32,488 nucleotides of DNA, taken from contig JAZUKY010000047.1 in NCBI GenBank assembly GCA_045643525.1, forward strand, positions 1-32,488. Direction: 5' to 3'. Origin of the DNA: Candidatus Enterousia sp. (lineage in GTDB: Bacteria > Pseudomonadota > Alphaproteobacteria > Rs-D84). Below, piece after piece: positions 18,791 through 26,574 of this stretch. The notes beneath the pieces are model-generated. The model searched no databases, was not told the DNA's origin, and saw nothing but the letters and a program-made list of their open reading frames with translations. Within the stretch, counting starts at the first letter, position 1; each line of letters starts with the position of its first letter. The position numbers and the translations under genes were made by a program.

Positions 18791-20075
18791 AAAAATGAGA
18801 CTGACACCTCGTAGTTTTATGTGGCGAACAATTTTGATGATTATGATACCATTGATTGTTGCACAGGTCATTGTTGCACAGGTATTTTTCAATAATCACT
18901 GGGATCGGGTTCACAGTACCATGGCCCGTAATTTAGCTGGAGATATATCAACCATGATTAAATTCATGGATGAAAATAATTTTGATATCGCCAAATCCAT
19001 GGGACAAAATATCGGTATCAATGTATCTGTTAATAAAAATTTAAATCGGCCACGCAAAAATGCAAATAATTCAATTATCGCCGGTCGTCTGTCCAAAGAA
19101 TTATCGTCAAAAATAAAGCGTTCCGCACAAATATATATCGATCGTAGTAAACGATTGGTATTTATTGATATTCCAACAAACGATCAACAAATCGCAACAT
19201 TTGGAACATCTATGCATCGTATATATTCAACCAGTATCGAAGTATTTTTAATCTGGTTGTTTGGTTCTTTCTTAATTGTATCAATATTGGTTACACCGTT
19301 TATCATATTACATACACGCAGTATTCGCAGCATCGCCCATGCTGCAAACAGATTTGGTCGCGGGTTAGATGCACCAGGCTTCCAACCCAGTGGTTCCAAG
19401 GAAATTCGCGAAGCGGCGACAGCAATGATTACAATGAAAGAACGTCTGGACAGATACAATCGTACACGCACAGATATGTTAAATGCCGTCAGCCACGATT
19501 TAAAATCACCATTGGCCCGTATGCGTTTAGCAATCGAAACAGATGAAACAGATAAAAAAGTTTTATTACGCGACATAGACAGAATGACAGAAATGGTTAA
19601 TGGATACTTGGCGTTTGCACGTGGCGAAATGCCAGAAATAGAACAGGCAACTGAATTACCAGCAATGCTGTTACGCTTGGCACGTGATGCCGCCCCTAAA
19701 AAACGTATCGAAACACATTTTCCAGATGAACCAGTTCAATTTTATGCCCGCCCAATGGCATTGGCACGTGCATTTGGAAATGTTTTAGAAAATGCCGCCA
19801 GGTACGCAAAAAAGAAAATAAAAATTACAGAAAACGATTTTTCTGATTATGTTGAAATTATAATTGAAGACGATGGTATAGGTATTCCAGACAATAAAAA
19901 ATCCGATGCAATGCGACCATTTGTTCGTTTAGATAACGCACGCAGTGCAAACACAGGCGGAACAGGGTTGGGCCTATCGATTGCACAAACAGTCATCGAA
20001 AATCATGGCGGCCAAATCTTTTTAGAAGACAGTAGTTTGGGTGGTTTACGTGTACGCATTGTTTTACCATTGTAA
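18783..20075 (+). CDS. EnvZ-type sensor histidine kinase
   Basis: Two TM segments and a HAMP-like linker. H-box SHDLKSPLARM, N-box NVLENAARYA, G1 EDDGIGIP, G2 GTGLGLSIA. It overlaps the regulator gene by 8 nt. Confidence 0.88.
   Translation: MDKKMRLTPRSFMWRTILMIMIPLIVAQVIVAQVFFNNHWDRVHSTMARNLAGDISTMIKFMDENNFDIAKSMGQNIGINVSVNKNLNRPRKNANNSIIAGRLSKELSSKIKRSAQIYIDRSKRLVFIDIPTNDQQIATFGTSMHRIYSTSIEVFLIWLFGSFLIVSILVTPFIILHTRSIRSIAHAANRFGRGLDAPGFQPSGSKEIREAATAMITMKERLDRYNRTRTDMLNAVSHDLKSPLARMRLAIETDETDKKVLLRDIDRMTEMVNGYLAFARGEMPEIEQATELPAMLLRLARDAAPKKRIETHFPDEPVQFYARPMALARAFGNVLENAARYAKKKIKITENDFSDYVEIIIEDDGIGIPDNKKSDAMRPFVRLDNARSANTGGTGLGLSIAQTVIENHGGQIFLEDSSLGGLRVRIVLPL
18855..18884 (+). repeat. 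15-bp in-frame tandem duplication (IVAQV x2) in TM1 of the kinase
   Basis: attgttgcacaggtc followed by attgttgcacaggta; 14 of 15 positions are identical. Confidence 0.9.
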
Positions 20076-20101
20076 AAAAATAAATGTAAAGGGAACAAAA
20101 C

Positions 20102-21817
20102 ATGAATTTGTATAAATACGTATCAAACAAAATAAATGAAAAATTAGGTTTTGATGTAAATTTAGAAATACCTCGTAATCGTGCATTTGGCGATTTTTCA
20201 ACAAATGCCGCCATGGCATTAGCCAAAAATATGAAAAAAAATCCGCGCGATTTGGCGGTTGATATTATTAATAAATTATCGGATTTAGATTTTGTTGCCG
20301 AAACATCAATCGCAGGACCAGGCTTTATAAATATAAAATTGAAAGACGATTTTATTTTAAATAATGCAAAAACTTCTGCGGGGGAGGTTACACAAACAAA
20401 CGCACCACAAATCATCGATTTGGATTATGGGGCATATAACGTTGCAAAATCGTTGCACATTGGTCATTTACGAACATCAATTGTTGGTGATACACTGAAC
20501 AGAATCGCACGCAAAATTGGCCACAAACCATATTCTTGGAATCATATGGGCGATTGGGGAAAACCAATGGCGTTGGTTATCGCATGGATTGAACGAAAAC
20601 ATCCAGAATTACCATATTTTCAAGACAATTTTGATTCATCACAAACAGTTGATTATACATTGTCACCATCTGAACTAAATACCTATTACCCACAGGCCAG
20701 TGCATTTGCCAAAGAAAATCCAGATTTTCAAGCACACGCACAGGATATCAAGGCAAAATTTCAAAAGGGGCACGCCGGATATTTTGCATTGTACGAAAAA
20801 TTTTTAGCAATATCATTACAATCAATGTCCGATACCGTCAGTCGATTGAATATATTACCATTTGATTATAATTGGGGTGAACGCAATGCTGCAAAATACA
20901 TTGATACAGTTGATAAAATATTACGTGATCAGAATTTGGTATATGAAAACGATGGGGCACAAATTATTAACTTAAAAAAAGATACTGATAATGCACCAAT
21001 GCCACCATATATGTGGGTAGATTCACGCGGCGCCGATACATACGACACAACTGATTTATGTGCAGTATACTGTCGCAAACATACAGATAATCCCGATAAA
21101 TTAATTTATATCACAGATTCACGTCAAAGTTTGCATTTTGAACAATTGTTCAGAGTGTCCGATATATCTGGTATAATGCCATACAGTAAATTCGAACACA
21201 TCGGATACGGAACCATTAATGGAACAGACGGGAAACCCTTTAAAACACGCAGCGGTAATGCCGCAGGATTAGATGATATCTTAGACGTTGCCGAATCCGC
21301 TGTTAGAACACGAGTTTCAGAATCGGGAAAAACATTAGACGATCATACGATATCGCAAATTGCATTGGCTGCGGTAAAATTTAACGATTTATTACACGAT
21401 GTCCGTTCAGATTATATATTTGAACCGTCTGCAATCACCAGTTTCGAAGGCAGAACAGGACCATATGTATTATACACCGCTGTTCGTTTAAACAGCGTGT
21501 TACGTCGAGCAGGGGATATCAATGTAACAAATATCAATATTGAGTTAACCCCAGATGAACGAAACCTATTGATTGAAATATTGAATTTTGATCATACTGT
21601 TCAATCTGCTTTTGACAATCGGGCCACCGATATGATTGCAAATTACACATATGATTTATGCCAATTAATAAATACATTTTATCACAATTGCCCAATATTA
21701 CGTGACGATATTGATAACACGACACGTATGCATCGTTTAACCATAACAAAAATTGCCCGTGATACGTTAAGCGTTGCCTTAGACTTAATGGGATTATCCA
21801 TTCCGTCTGAAATGTAA
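20102..21817 (+). CDS. argS: Arginine--tRNA ligase
   Basis: 571 aa with an N-terminal Arg_tRNA_synt_N-like domain, the HIGH motif SLHIGHLR, FKTRSG and a DALR-type C-terminal domain. Confidence 0.92.
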   Translation: MNLYKYVSNKINEKLGFDVNLEIPRNRAFGDFSTNAAMALAKNMKKNPRDLAVDIINKLSDLDFVAETSIAGPGFINIKLKDDFILNNAKTSAGEVTQTNAPQIIDLDYGAYNVAKSLHIGHLRTSIVGDTLNRIARKIGHKPYSWNHMGDWGKPMALVIAWIERKHPELPYFQDNFDSSQTVDYTLSPSELNTYYPQASAFAKENPDFQAHAQDIKAKFQKGHAGYFALYEKFLAISLQSMSDTVSRLNILPFDYNWGERNAAKYIDTVDKILRDQNLVYENDGAQIINLKKDTDNAPMPPYMWVDSRGADTYDTTDLCAVYCRKHTDNPDKLIYITDSRQSLHFEQLFRVSDISGIMPYSKFEHIGYGTINGTDGKPFKTRSGNAAGLDDILDVAESAVRTRVSESGKTLDDHTISQIALAAVKFNDLLHDVRSDYIFEPSAITSFEGRTGPYVLYTAVRLNSVLRRAGDINVTNINIELTPDERNLLIEILNFDHTVQSAFDNRATDMIANYTYDLCQLINTFYHNCPILRDDIDNTTRMHRLTITKIARDTLSVALDLMGLSIPSEM

Positions 21818-21838
21818 AAAATTGTATTTTAACGCATA

Positions 21839-21878
21839 AAAATAAATACAGGTAATTTATTTTACCTGTATTTATTTT
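21839..21878. terminator. Bidirectional terminator, perfect 17-bp inverted repeat
   Basis: AAAATAAATACAGGTAA (21839-21855) pairs perfectly with TTACCTGTATTTATTTT (21862-21878) around a 6-nt loop. It lies between the convergent argS and tlyA. Confidence 0.8.
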
Positions 21879-21913
21879 ACTTTAATCATTATAAGCATTT
21901 TACTGATTTTAGA

Positions 21914-22621
21914 TTATTTTTTTAAACTCATTAAAAACTCAACATTACCACTACCACCCAATATTGGCGATTTCACCACCCCATCAACATTATATCCCAA
22001 TTGTGTAAAACAATTCGCAACCTTATCAATCACCATACAATGTAAATCTTTTGATTTTATAACCCCATTCGTACGCGCAGCAATTTCACGCGATACCTCA
22101 AACTGAGGTTTTACCAAAACAATTATTCGTGGCGAATTCCATAAAACCAAAGCATCCGCTATATTCGTTAACGACACAAATGAAACATCAACAACTATCA
22201 AACCAACACCTTCAACAGGGGGCATTTTTCGAATATCGGTATTTTCATACGACACAACATGCGGATTATCACGTATTTGTGGTATCAATTGATTTGTCCC
22301 AACATCAACCGCAATTACACGCGACGCACCATGTGACAGCAAAACTTCTGTAAAACCACCTGTACTGGCACCAACATCCAAACACATTAAACCGTTTGGA
22401 TTAACATTAAAATATTCCAACGCATGTAATAATTTCAAACTGCCACGTCCAGATACATATGGCAGGGCGTCCCCAGATATATTATCCGTATCCAACACCA
22501 TTTGACTCGGCTTTTGCACAACAATACCATTAACCATAACCAAACCAGATTTTATCGCTGCAACCGCCTTGGCACGGCTAGGATAAATATTTCGTAAAAC
22601 CAATTCTTGATCTAATCTCAT
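21914..22621 (-). CDS. tlyA: TlyA-family rRNA (cytidine-2'-O)-methyltransferase / hemolysin A
   Basis: N-terminal S4 domain MRLDQELVLRNIYPSRAKAVAAIKSGLVMVNG and the FtsJ-type SAM motif CLDVGASTGGFTEVLL. Confidence 0.88.
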   Translation of the reverse strand: MRLDQELVLRNIYPSRAKAVAAIKSGLVMVNGIVVQKPSQMVLDTDNISGDALPYVSGRGSLKLLHALEYFNVNPNGLMCLDVGASTGGFTEVLLSHGASRVIAVDVGTNQLIPQIRDNPHVVSYENTDIRKMPPVEGVGLIVVDVSFVSLTNIADALVLWNSPRIIVLVKPQFEVSREIAARTNGVIKSKDLHCMVIDKVANCFTQLGYNVDGVVKSPILGGSGNVEFLMSLKK

Positions 22622-24071
22622 AACATTTGAATTATATCACATTAAAACTAACAAAAACAACTGTTATTACACAAATCGCACTACTAACAATAAACTTTAA
22701 CTTTTATTTATTATATATTGAAACAACCTATCTTTCTATTTATCCAAAATACAAAAACACCACAAAAAGCGATACAAACTACACAAAATTTACTTTCTAC
22801 AGAATTATGTATAGCTTACACCCTATAAACAATTTCAAGAAAGCACACTATCATATTATATTTACATATATAATCACAAATCAACACCATACCAAACAAA
22901 ACAATTTCACCATACAAATACATTTAAAAAAACACCAAACAAAAAAACAGATATTTTACATATCCAACAAAATATCCAGTAAATTTTACATCCAATATAA
23001 ACACACCAAAACAAAAAATACACTGCCACACAAATACTAAAGTATACATAATATACATTATACGCCTTTTATAAATCTTAAAAACACATACCCCCCTGTT
23101 ATGTTTTTAAGATTATTTTTTTACAACAAAACCATTTTTTATTTCGATGCTTTTTTTACAAACAATAATCAATATACATTGCCATCAACATTTTTTAATT
23201 TTATAGATATAAAATTTTATTATAAACAGTATTTTTACAAACGAATTCATATTTTATACACCTAATACCACAACGTACAAACTAACCATTTTAAAACAAC
23301 AAACAAACCTTTATATAAATCGAACACAAAAAAAACATTAAAAAAGCCTGATTTTCAACACCCCAACACAATTCCACTTCCCTATAAACAGACAGACAAA
23401 CAACAAACAATTCTCACCATAAACACACACGTTGTTTAGCTAACACATCTCCACAACAACAATATCCAAACACATATTTCATCACCATACACGCTTTCCC
23501 TCAACAACATCATTTTCACACACCAAACAATTCACCACTATTAAAAATATTTATTTACACACAAACGCCCTTAACAAAGTTTATATATTTTTCCAATCAA
23601 AGGATTACCCCTGCATTTCAAATAATAAAGTTCTGATTTTCATCTTTATAAAAAAACACTCTACTCAAAATAAAAACACACAATATTACCACTACAACAA
23701 CAATAAAATTACACAGACATATCAACCAATTACAAAATCACACTAATACAATTTATCAACAATAATAACTATACATAATATATATAGAAAATCATTTTTA
23801 TCATCATCTTTAAAAACACAATCGTTAACAAACCCCACAACAATAACACCAACACCGCAGAAACCTAATACTTTACACAAAAAAAATTCAACACCAAAGC
23901 AAATATATTATATAAACCACACTATTTTCCACACAGCACAAATAACAAGTCAAAAAAAATATTAACCAACTTACACCAACTATTATTCAACTTAAACTAG
24001 AAACTACAAGTTAAAGACAATTATAAATAGAATCACAAACAAAATCAAATAATACAACCAACCGACTGTTA
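22622..24071. other. ~1.45-kb non-coding, G-depleted (A/C-rich on + strand) spacer
   Basis: There is no credible ORF on either strand. My hand count gives about 54 G in ~1450 nt (~4%), against 13-17% in sampled flanking lines. A is ~50%, C ~25% and T ~24%. G-free runs span 22844-22949 and 23636-23715. Confidence 0.85.
23074..23122 (+). terminator. Intrinsic-terminator-like hairpin inside the G-poor spacer, + strand orientation
   Basis: AATCTTAAAAACA (23074-23086) pairs with TGTTTTTAAGATT (23102-23114), a 13-bp stem. The 15-nt loop contains C6. ATTTTTTT (23115-23122) follows. The reverse orientation lacks a U-run. Confidence 0.4.
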
Positions 24072-24632
24072 TTACATATTATTTTTATATGTTTGAAGTG
24101 CTTTTACAACTTTACTTAATGTTTTACGTAAACTTTCGTCACGTGTGTCTACAGTAATGTTTGCTAATGCGTAAATATCATAGCGTTCATCAATCAATTG
24201 CGCCAAAACCTGTTTACTGTCAACATGTAATAATTGTGGTCTTGTATGACGAAAATTTGTTCGTTTAACTAACAAATCTAAATCTGCACGCAACCATATT
24301 GATATCGCATTTTCCAAAACCATTTCACGTACCAACGATGTAATAAATGCACCCTCGCCCGTAGAAATAACTTTGCATACCGGTGGCGTATTCAACAATC
24401 GTTCAATAACACGTTGTTCAACACGTCTGAATTCTGTTTCACCATACATCGAAAAAATATCAACCACACTACATCCGGCCGCAGCCTCAATTTCTTTATC
24501 TGAATCAACAAATGGTATACCCAACCTACGTGCCAACGCACGTCCAATACTGGTTTTACCCGCCCCCATTAATCCGACCATAACAATCGGTTTATCTAAT
24601 GCAATATCTATTTTTTCTAATTTATGATTCAT
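24072..24632 (-). CDS. aroK: Shikimate kinase
   Basis: Walker A GLMGAGKTSIGRALA, plus FVDSDKEIE and GETEFRRVE. The start is uncertain: ATG 24632 is preferred over the TTG at 24668 used by the track. Confidence 0.88.
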   Translation of the reverse strand: MNHKLEKIDIALDKPIVMVGLMGAGKTSIGRALARRLGIPFVDSDKEIEAAAGCSVVDIFSMYGETEFRRVEQRVIERLLNTPPVCKVISTGEGAFITSLVREMVLENAISIWLRADLDLLVKRTNFRHTRPQLLHVDSKQVLAQLIDERYDIYALANITVDTRDESLRKTLSKVVKALQTYKNNM

Positions 24633-24680
24633 ACTGTGTATTTTATCAAAAAAACACCGATTGCTCAATCAAAACATTTT

Positions 24681-25124
24681 TTAGCCACGACGTGCAACAA
24701 AAAATGCACGCAACATATCTGCTGATTCTGCCGCATATGTATCATCCTGCAACCATTCCGGACGCCACAAATGATGATCTGTATCATATATACGCGTATT
24801 ATATTTTATTGCCCCACCCTTTGGATCATCAGCCGCAAAAATAATTCGTTTTATTCGTGCCAACGATATTGCCGTTGCACACATCGCACACGGTTCCAAT
24901 GACACATAAATTTCACAATCGTATAAAAATTTAGTATTCAATTTTTTGCACGCACGATTTATCGCAACAATTTCCGCATGCAACGTTGGATTACGTCGCA
25001 TTTGTACCTGATTTTCACCACGGGCAATTATCACCCCATCACGAACAACAATCGCACCAATTGGCACATCATCATGTCGCAACGCCCGTTCCGCACACCG
25101 CAAAGCAATCTTCATATAATCCAT
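24681..25124 (-). CDS. tadA: tRNA-specific adenosine deaminase
   Basis: CDA zinc motifs HAEIVAI and PCAMCATAI. Start ATG 25124 (MDYMKIALRCAERAL) is preferred over the TTG at 25178. Confidence 0.88.
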   Translation of the reverse strand: MDYMKIALRCAERALRHDDVPIGAIVVRDGVIIARGENQVQMRRNPTLHAEIVAINRACKKLNTKFLYDCEIYVSLEPCAMCATAISLARIKRIIFAADDPKGGAIKYNTRIYDTDHHLWRPEWLQDDTYAAESADMLRAFFVARRG

Positions 25125-25170
25125 AACAGTTATAATAATACAATATTTAACACCATTTTGCAACATAGTG

Positions 25171-25228
25171 TTGACCAAAATTATTTTTTGACAAATTATA
25201 TTGACAAATTATTTTTTTAGGGTATTAT
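25171..25228 (+). promoter_or_regulatory. Three direct TTGAC(C)AAA(A)TTAT boxes plus a candidate promoter
   Basis: Boxes lie at 25171-25184, 25188-25199 and 25201-25212. The last TTGACA (25201-25206) lies 16 nt upstream of TATTAT (25223-25228). AAGGGAA and ATG 25266 follow. Confidence 0.5.
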
Positions 25229-25265
25229 ATTCACAAATTTATAATTAACCCAAGGGAACACAACA

Positions 25266-26045
25266 ATGTTCAAAGAATTAAAAATGAAAATCGCCGCACG
25301 TCGTATTGAACGCAAGAATGCACGTACGGAAAAGAAAAAATCAGTTACAGGTGAAAACACACCAAAAACAATCACAGAACGCATTAAATTTGCATTTAAC
25401 AAATTAATCGCATTTGCAAAATCTAGATTAAATCATATATGGCAATGGATCCGTTGTATTGATTTAATTGGTTTAGTAAACTTAACACTGTTGGTCGCAA
25501 TCATAGTATTGTTTTCAATGCTGATTATCGACATATTAAATTGCCGTAATGTGTCCAAGGTTATAAACACACCAAACGTTGAACAAATTGAAATAACAAC
25601 CCAGACACACCCACATGTGATTGTACGTCCGGTTGTAAAACAAAAATCAAATACTATCGTTACAAATAACACATTACCTATTCATCGTGATTCTGTGACA
25701 CGCAAATATACAGATACCCCTATTTCTATTCGTGCACAAAATACAGATCAACAAAAAATTTATCGCAACACATCAAATTTGATTAATGGTGATATTGTTG
25801 TCGATCGTAATAATGCAACATTAAAAAACAACGATCACATCACCGGACATTTATATTTACAAAATATGCGTAAATACACATTACCATGCAATATTGTTAT
25901 TGACGGTGATTTGTATTTGCGTGACGTTACTATGTTGCAATTTTGCGGTGATTTTATAATTCGTGGTAACATTTATGTCAGCCCACGTTCATCATTTGGC
26001 CCTATTCCACGCACTGCACGTTTGGGCGGCCAGGTAATTTTATAA
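25266..26045 (+). CDS. Single-pass membrane protein with C-terminal ~20-residue pseudo-repeats (solenoid/LRR-like), unknown family
   Basis: 259 aa with a basic N-terminus and a TM at LIGLVNLTLLVAIIVLFSMLIIDIL. The C-terminal repeats are INGD../ITGHLYL../IDGDLYL../IRGNIYV../LGGQVIL, spaced 19-21 aa apart. Confidence 0.75.
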   Translation: MFKELKMKIAARRIERKNARTEKKKSVTGENTPKTITERIKFAFNKLIAFAKSRLNHIWQWIRCIDLIGLVNLTLLVAIIVLFSMLIIDILNCRNVSKVINTPNVEQIEITTQTHPHVIVRPVVKQKSNTIVTNNTLPIHRDSVTRKYTDTPISIRAQNTDQQKIYRNTSNLINGDIVVDRNNATLKNNDHITGHLYLQNMRKYTLPCNIVIDGDLYLRDVTMLQFCGDFIIRGNIYVSPRSSFGPIPRTARLGGQVIL

Positions 26046-26074
26046 AAAATTTTTGTATTTTCTGTTGCAAAAAA

Positions 26075-26097
26075 GGCACGCCATGTGCCTTTTTTTT
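26075..26097 (+). terminator. Intrinsic terminator
   Basis: GGCAC pairs with GTGCC around loop GCCAT, followed by T8. Confidence 0.7.
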
Positions 26098-26118
26098 CTA
26101 TCATTTATTTTTTTACTG

Positions 26119-26127
26119 TGTTATAAT
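26119..26127 (+). promoter_or_regulatory. Extended -10 promoter element
   Basis: TGTTATAAT matches the TGnTATAAT consensus. AAGGAAG lies 12 nt downstream, and ATG 26151 lies 5 nt after that. Confidence 0.5.
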
Positions 26128-26150
26128 GCACACACATAAAGGAAGAAAAC

Positions 26151-26507
26151 ATGAAAAAAACATTTGAAAAAACCTTAAACGTTTTGACCCGCAACATGGG
26201 TTACACAACCGTTTTAATTGTTGCAATCGTATTGTTTGCAATTTTTTCTGGCGGTTTATTAAACGGTATCATCACTGCCCTGTCTGCAATTATTGGTGCG
26301 ACATGTGTGGTTGTTTTGGTTCGTGAATATAAAAAGACCCCAGATCCTGTTGCAAAACCTACACCTGCAGAAAAACCAGCAACAAAGGCTGCACCGGCAG
26401 CAAAAAAAGCACCTGCGAAAAAAGCAGTTGCCAAGAAAGCACCGGCCGCCAAAGCCGCAGCAAAACCTGCAGCAAAAAAGGCACCAGCCAAAAAGAAATC
26501 AAAATAA
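26151..26507 (+). CDS. Two-TM membrane protein with histone-H1-like Ala/Lys/Pro-rich C-terminal tail
   Basis: 118 aa. TM hairpin YTTVLIVAIVLFAIF / LNGIITALSAIIGATCVVVLV. The tail is KKTPDPVAKPTPAEKPATKAAPAAKKAPAKKAVAKKAPAAKAAAKPAAKKAPAKKKSK. Confidence 0.8.
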   Translation: MKKTFEKTLNVLTRNMGYTTVLIVAIVLFAIFSGGLLNGIITALSAIIGATCVVVLVREYKKTPDPVAKPTPAEKPATKAAPAAKKAPAKKAVAKKAPAAKAAAKPAAKKAPAKKKSK

Positions 26508-26523
26508 TCAAATTTAATTGATT

Positions 26524-26552
26524 AAAAATCCCACCAAATTGGTGGGATTTTT
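26524..26552. terminator. Bidirectional intrinsic terminator, near-copy of the one at 11283-11316
   Basis: AAAAATCCCACC pairs with GGTGGGATTTTT around loop AAATT. It lies between convergent genes. Confidence 0.8.
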
Positions 26553-26574
26553 ATTATTCATGATATTAATTTTT

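Noticed and set aside
19993-20415. 140-aa minus-strand ORF spanning the kinase/argS junction
   Set aside because: It is antisense to two well-supported genes, has no SD and has a low-complexity product.
22627-23040. 137-aa + strand ORF inside the G-poor island, ending 33 nt before the terminator-like hairpin
   Set aside because: It starts at TTG with no Shine-Dalgarno. With ~4% G only TAA stops are readily available, so long open frames arise by composition alone. The product is almost entirely T/K/N/I/Y/H/Q/F/L, with one Asp, one Glu, one Arg, two Ala, one Val and no Gly, Cys or Trp. It is not a plausible protein, though ribosome profiling could settle the question.
22739-23932. DnaA-box-like words (TTATCCAAA at 22741, ATATCCAAA at 23462, TTTTCCACA at 23925, and others) and T-tract clusters suggesting a replication origin
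   Set aside because: The DnaA-box consensus TTATCCACA is itself G-free, so near matches are expected by chance in A/C/T-only sequence, and all in one orientation. No perfect box or CtrA TTAA-N7-TTAA site was found. Gene orientation does not diverge from this point, and aroK/tadA on the right still read leftwards. No dnaA/hemE-type neighbours are present. A genome-wide cumulative GC-skew plot would be decisive.
26201-26491. 96-aa minus-strand ORF rich in Ala/Gly/Phe
   Set aside because: It is the antisense shadow of the AKP-rich tail: GCN/AAR/CCN codons read backwards. The + strand gene has the promoter, SD and terminator.
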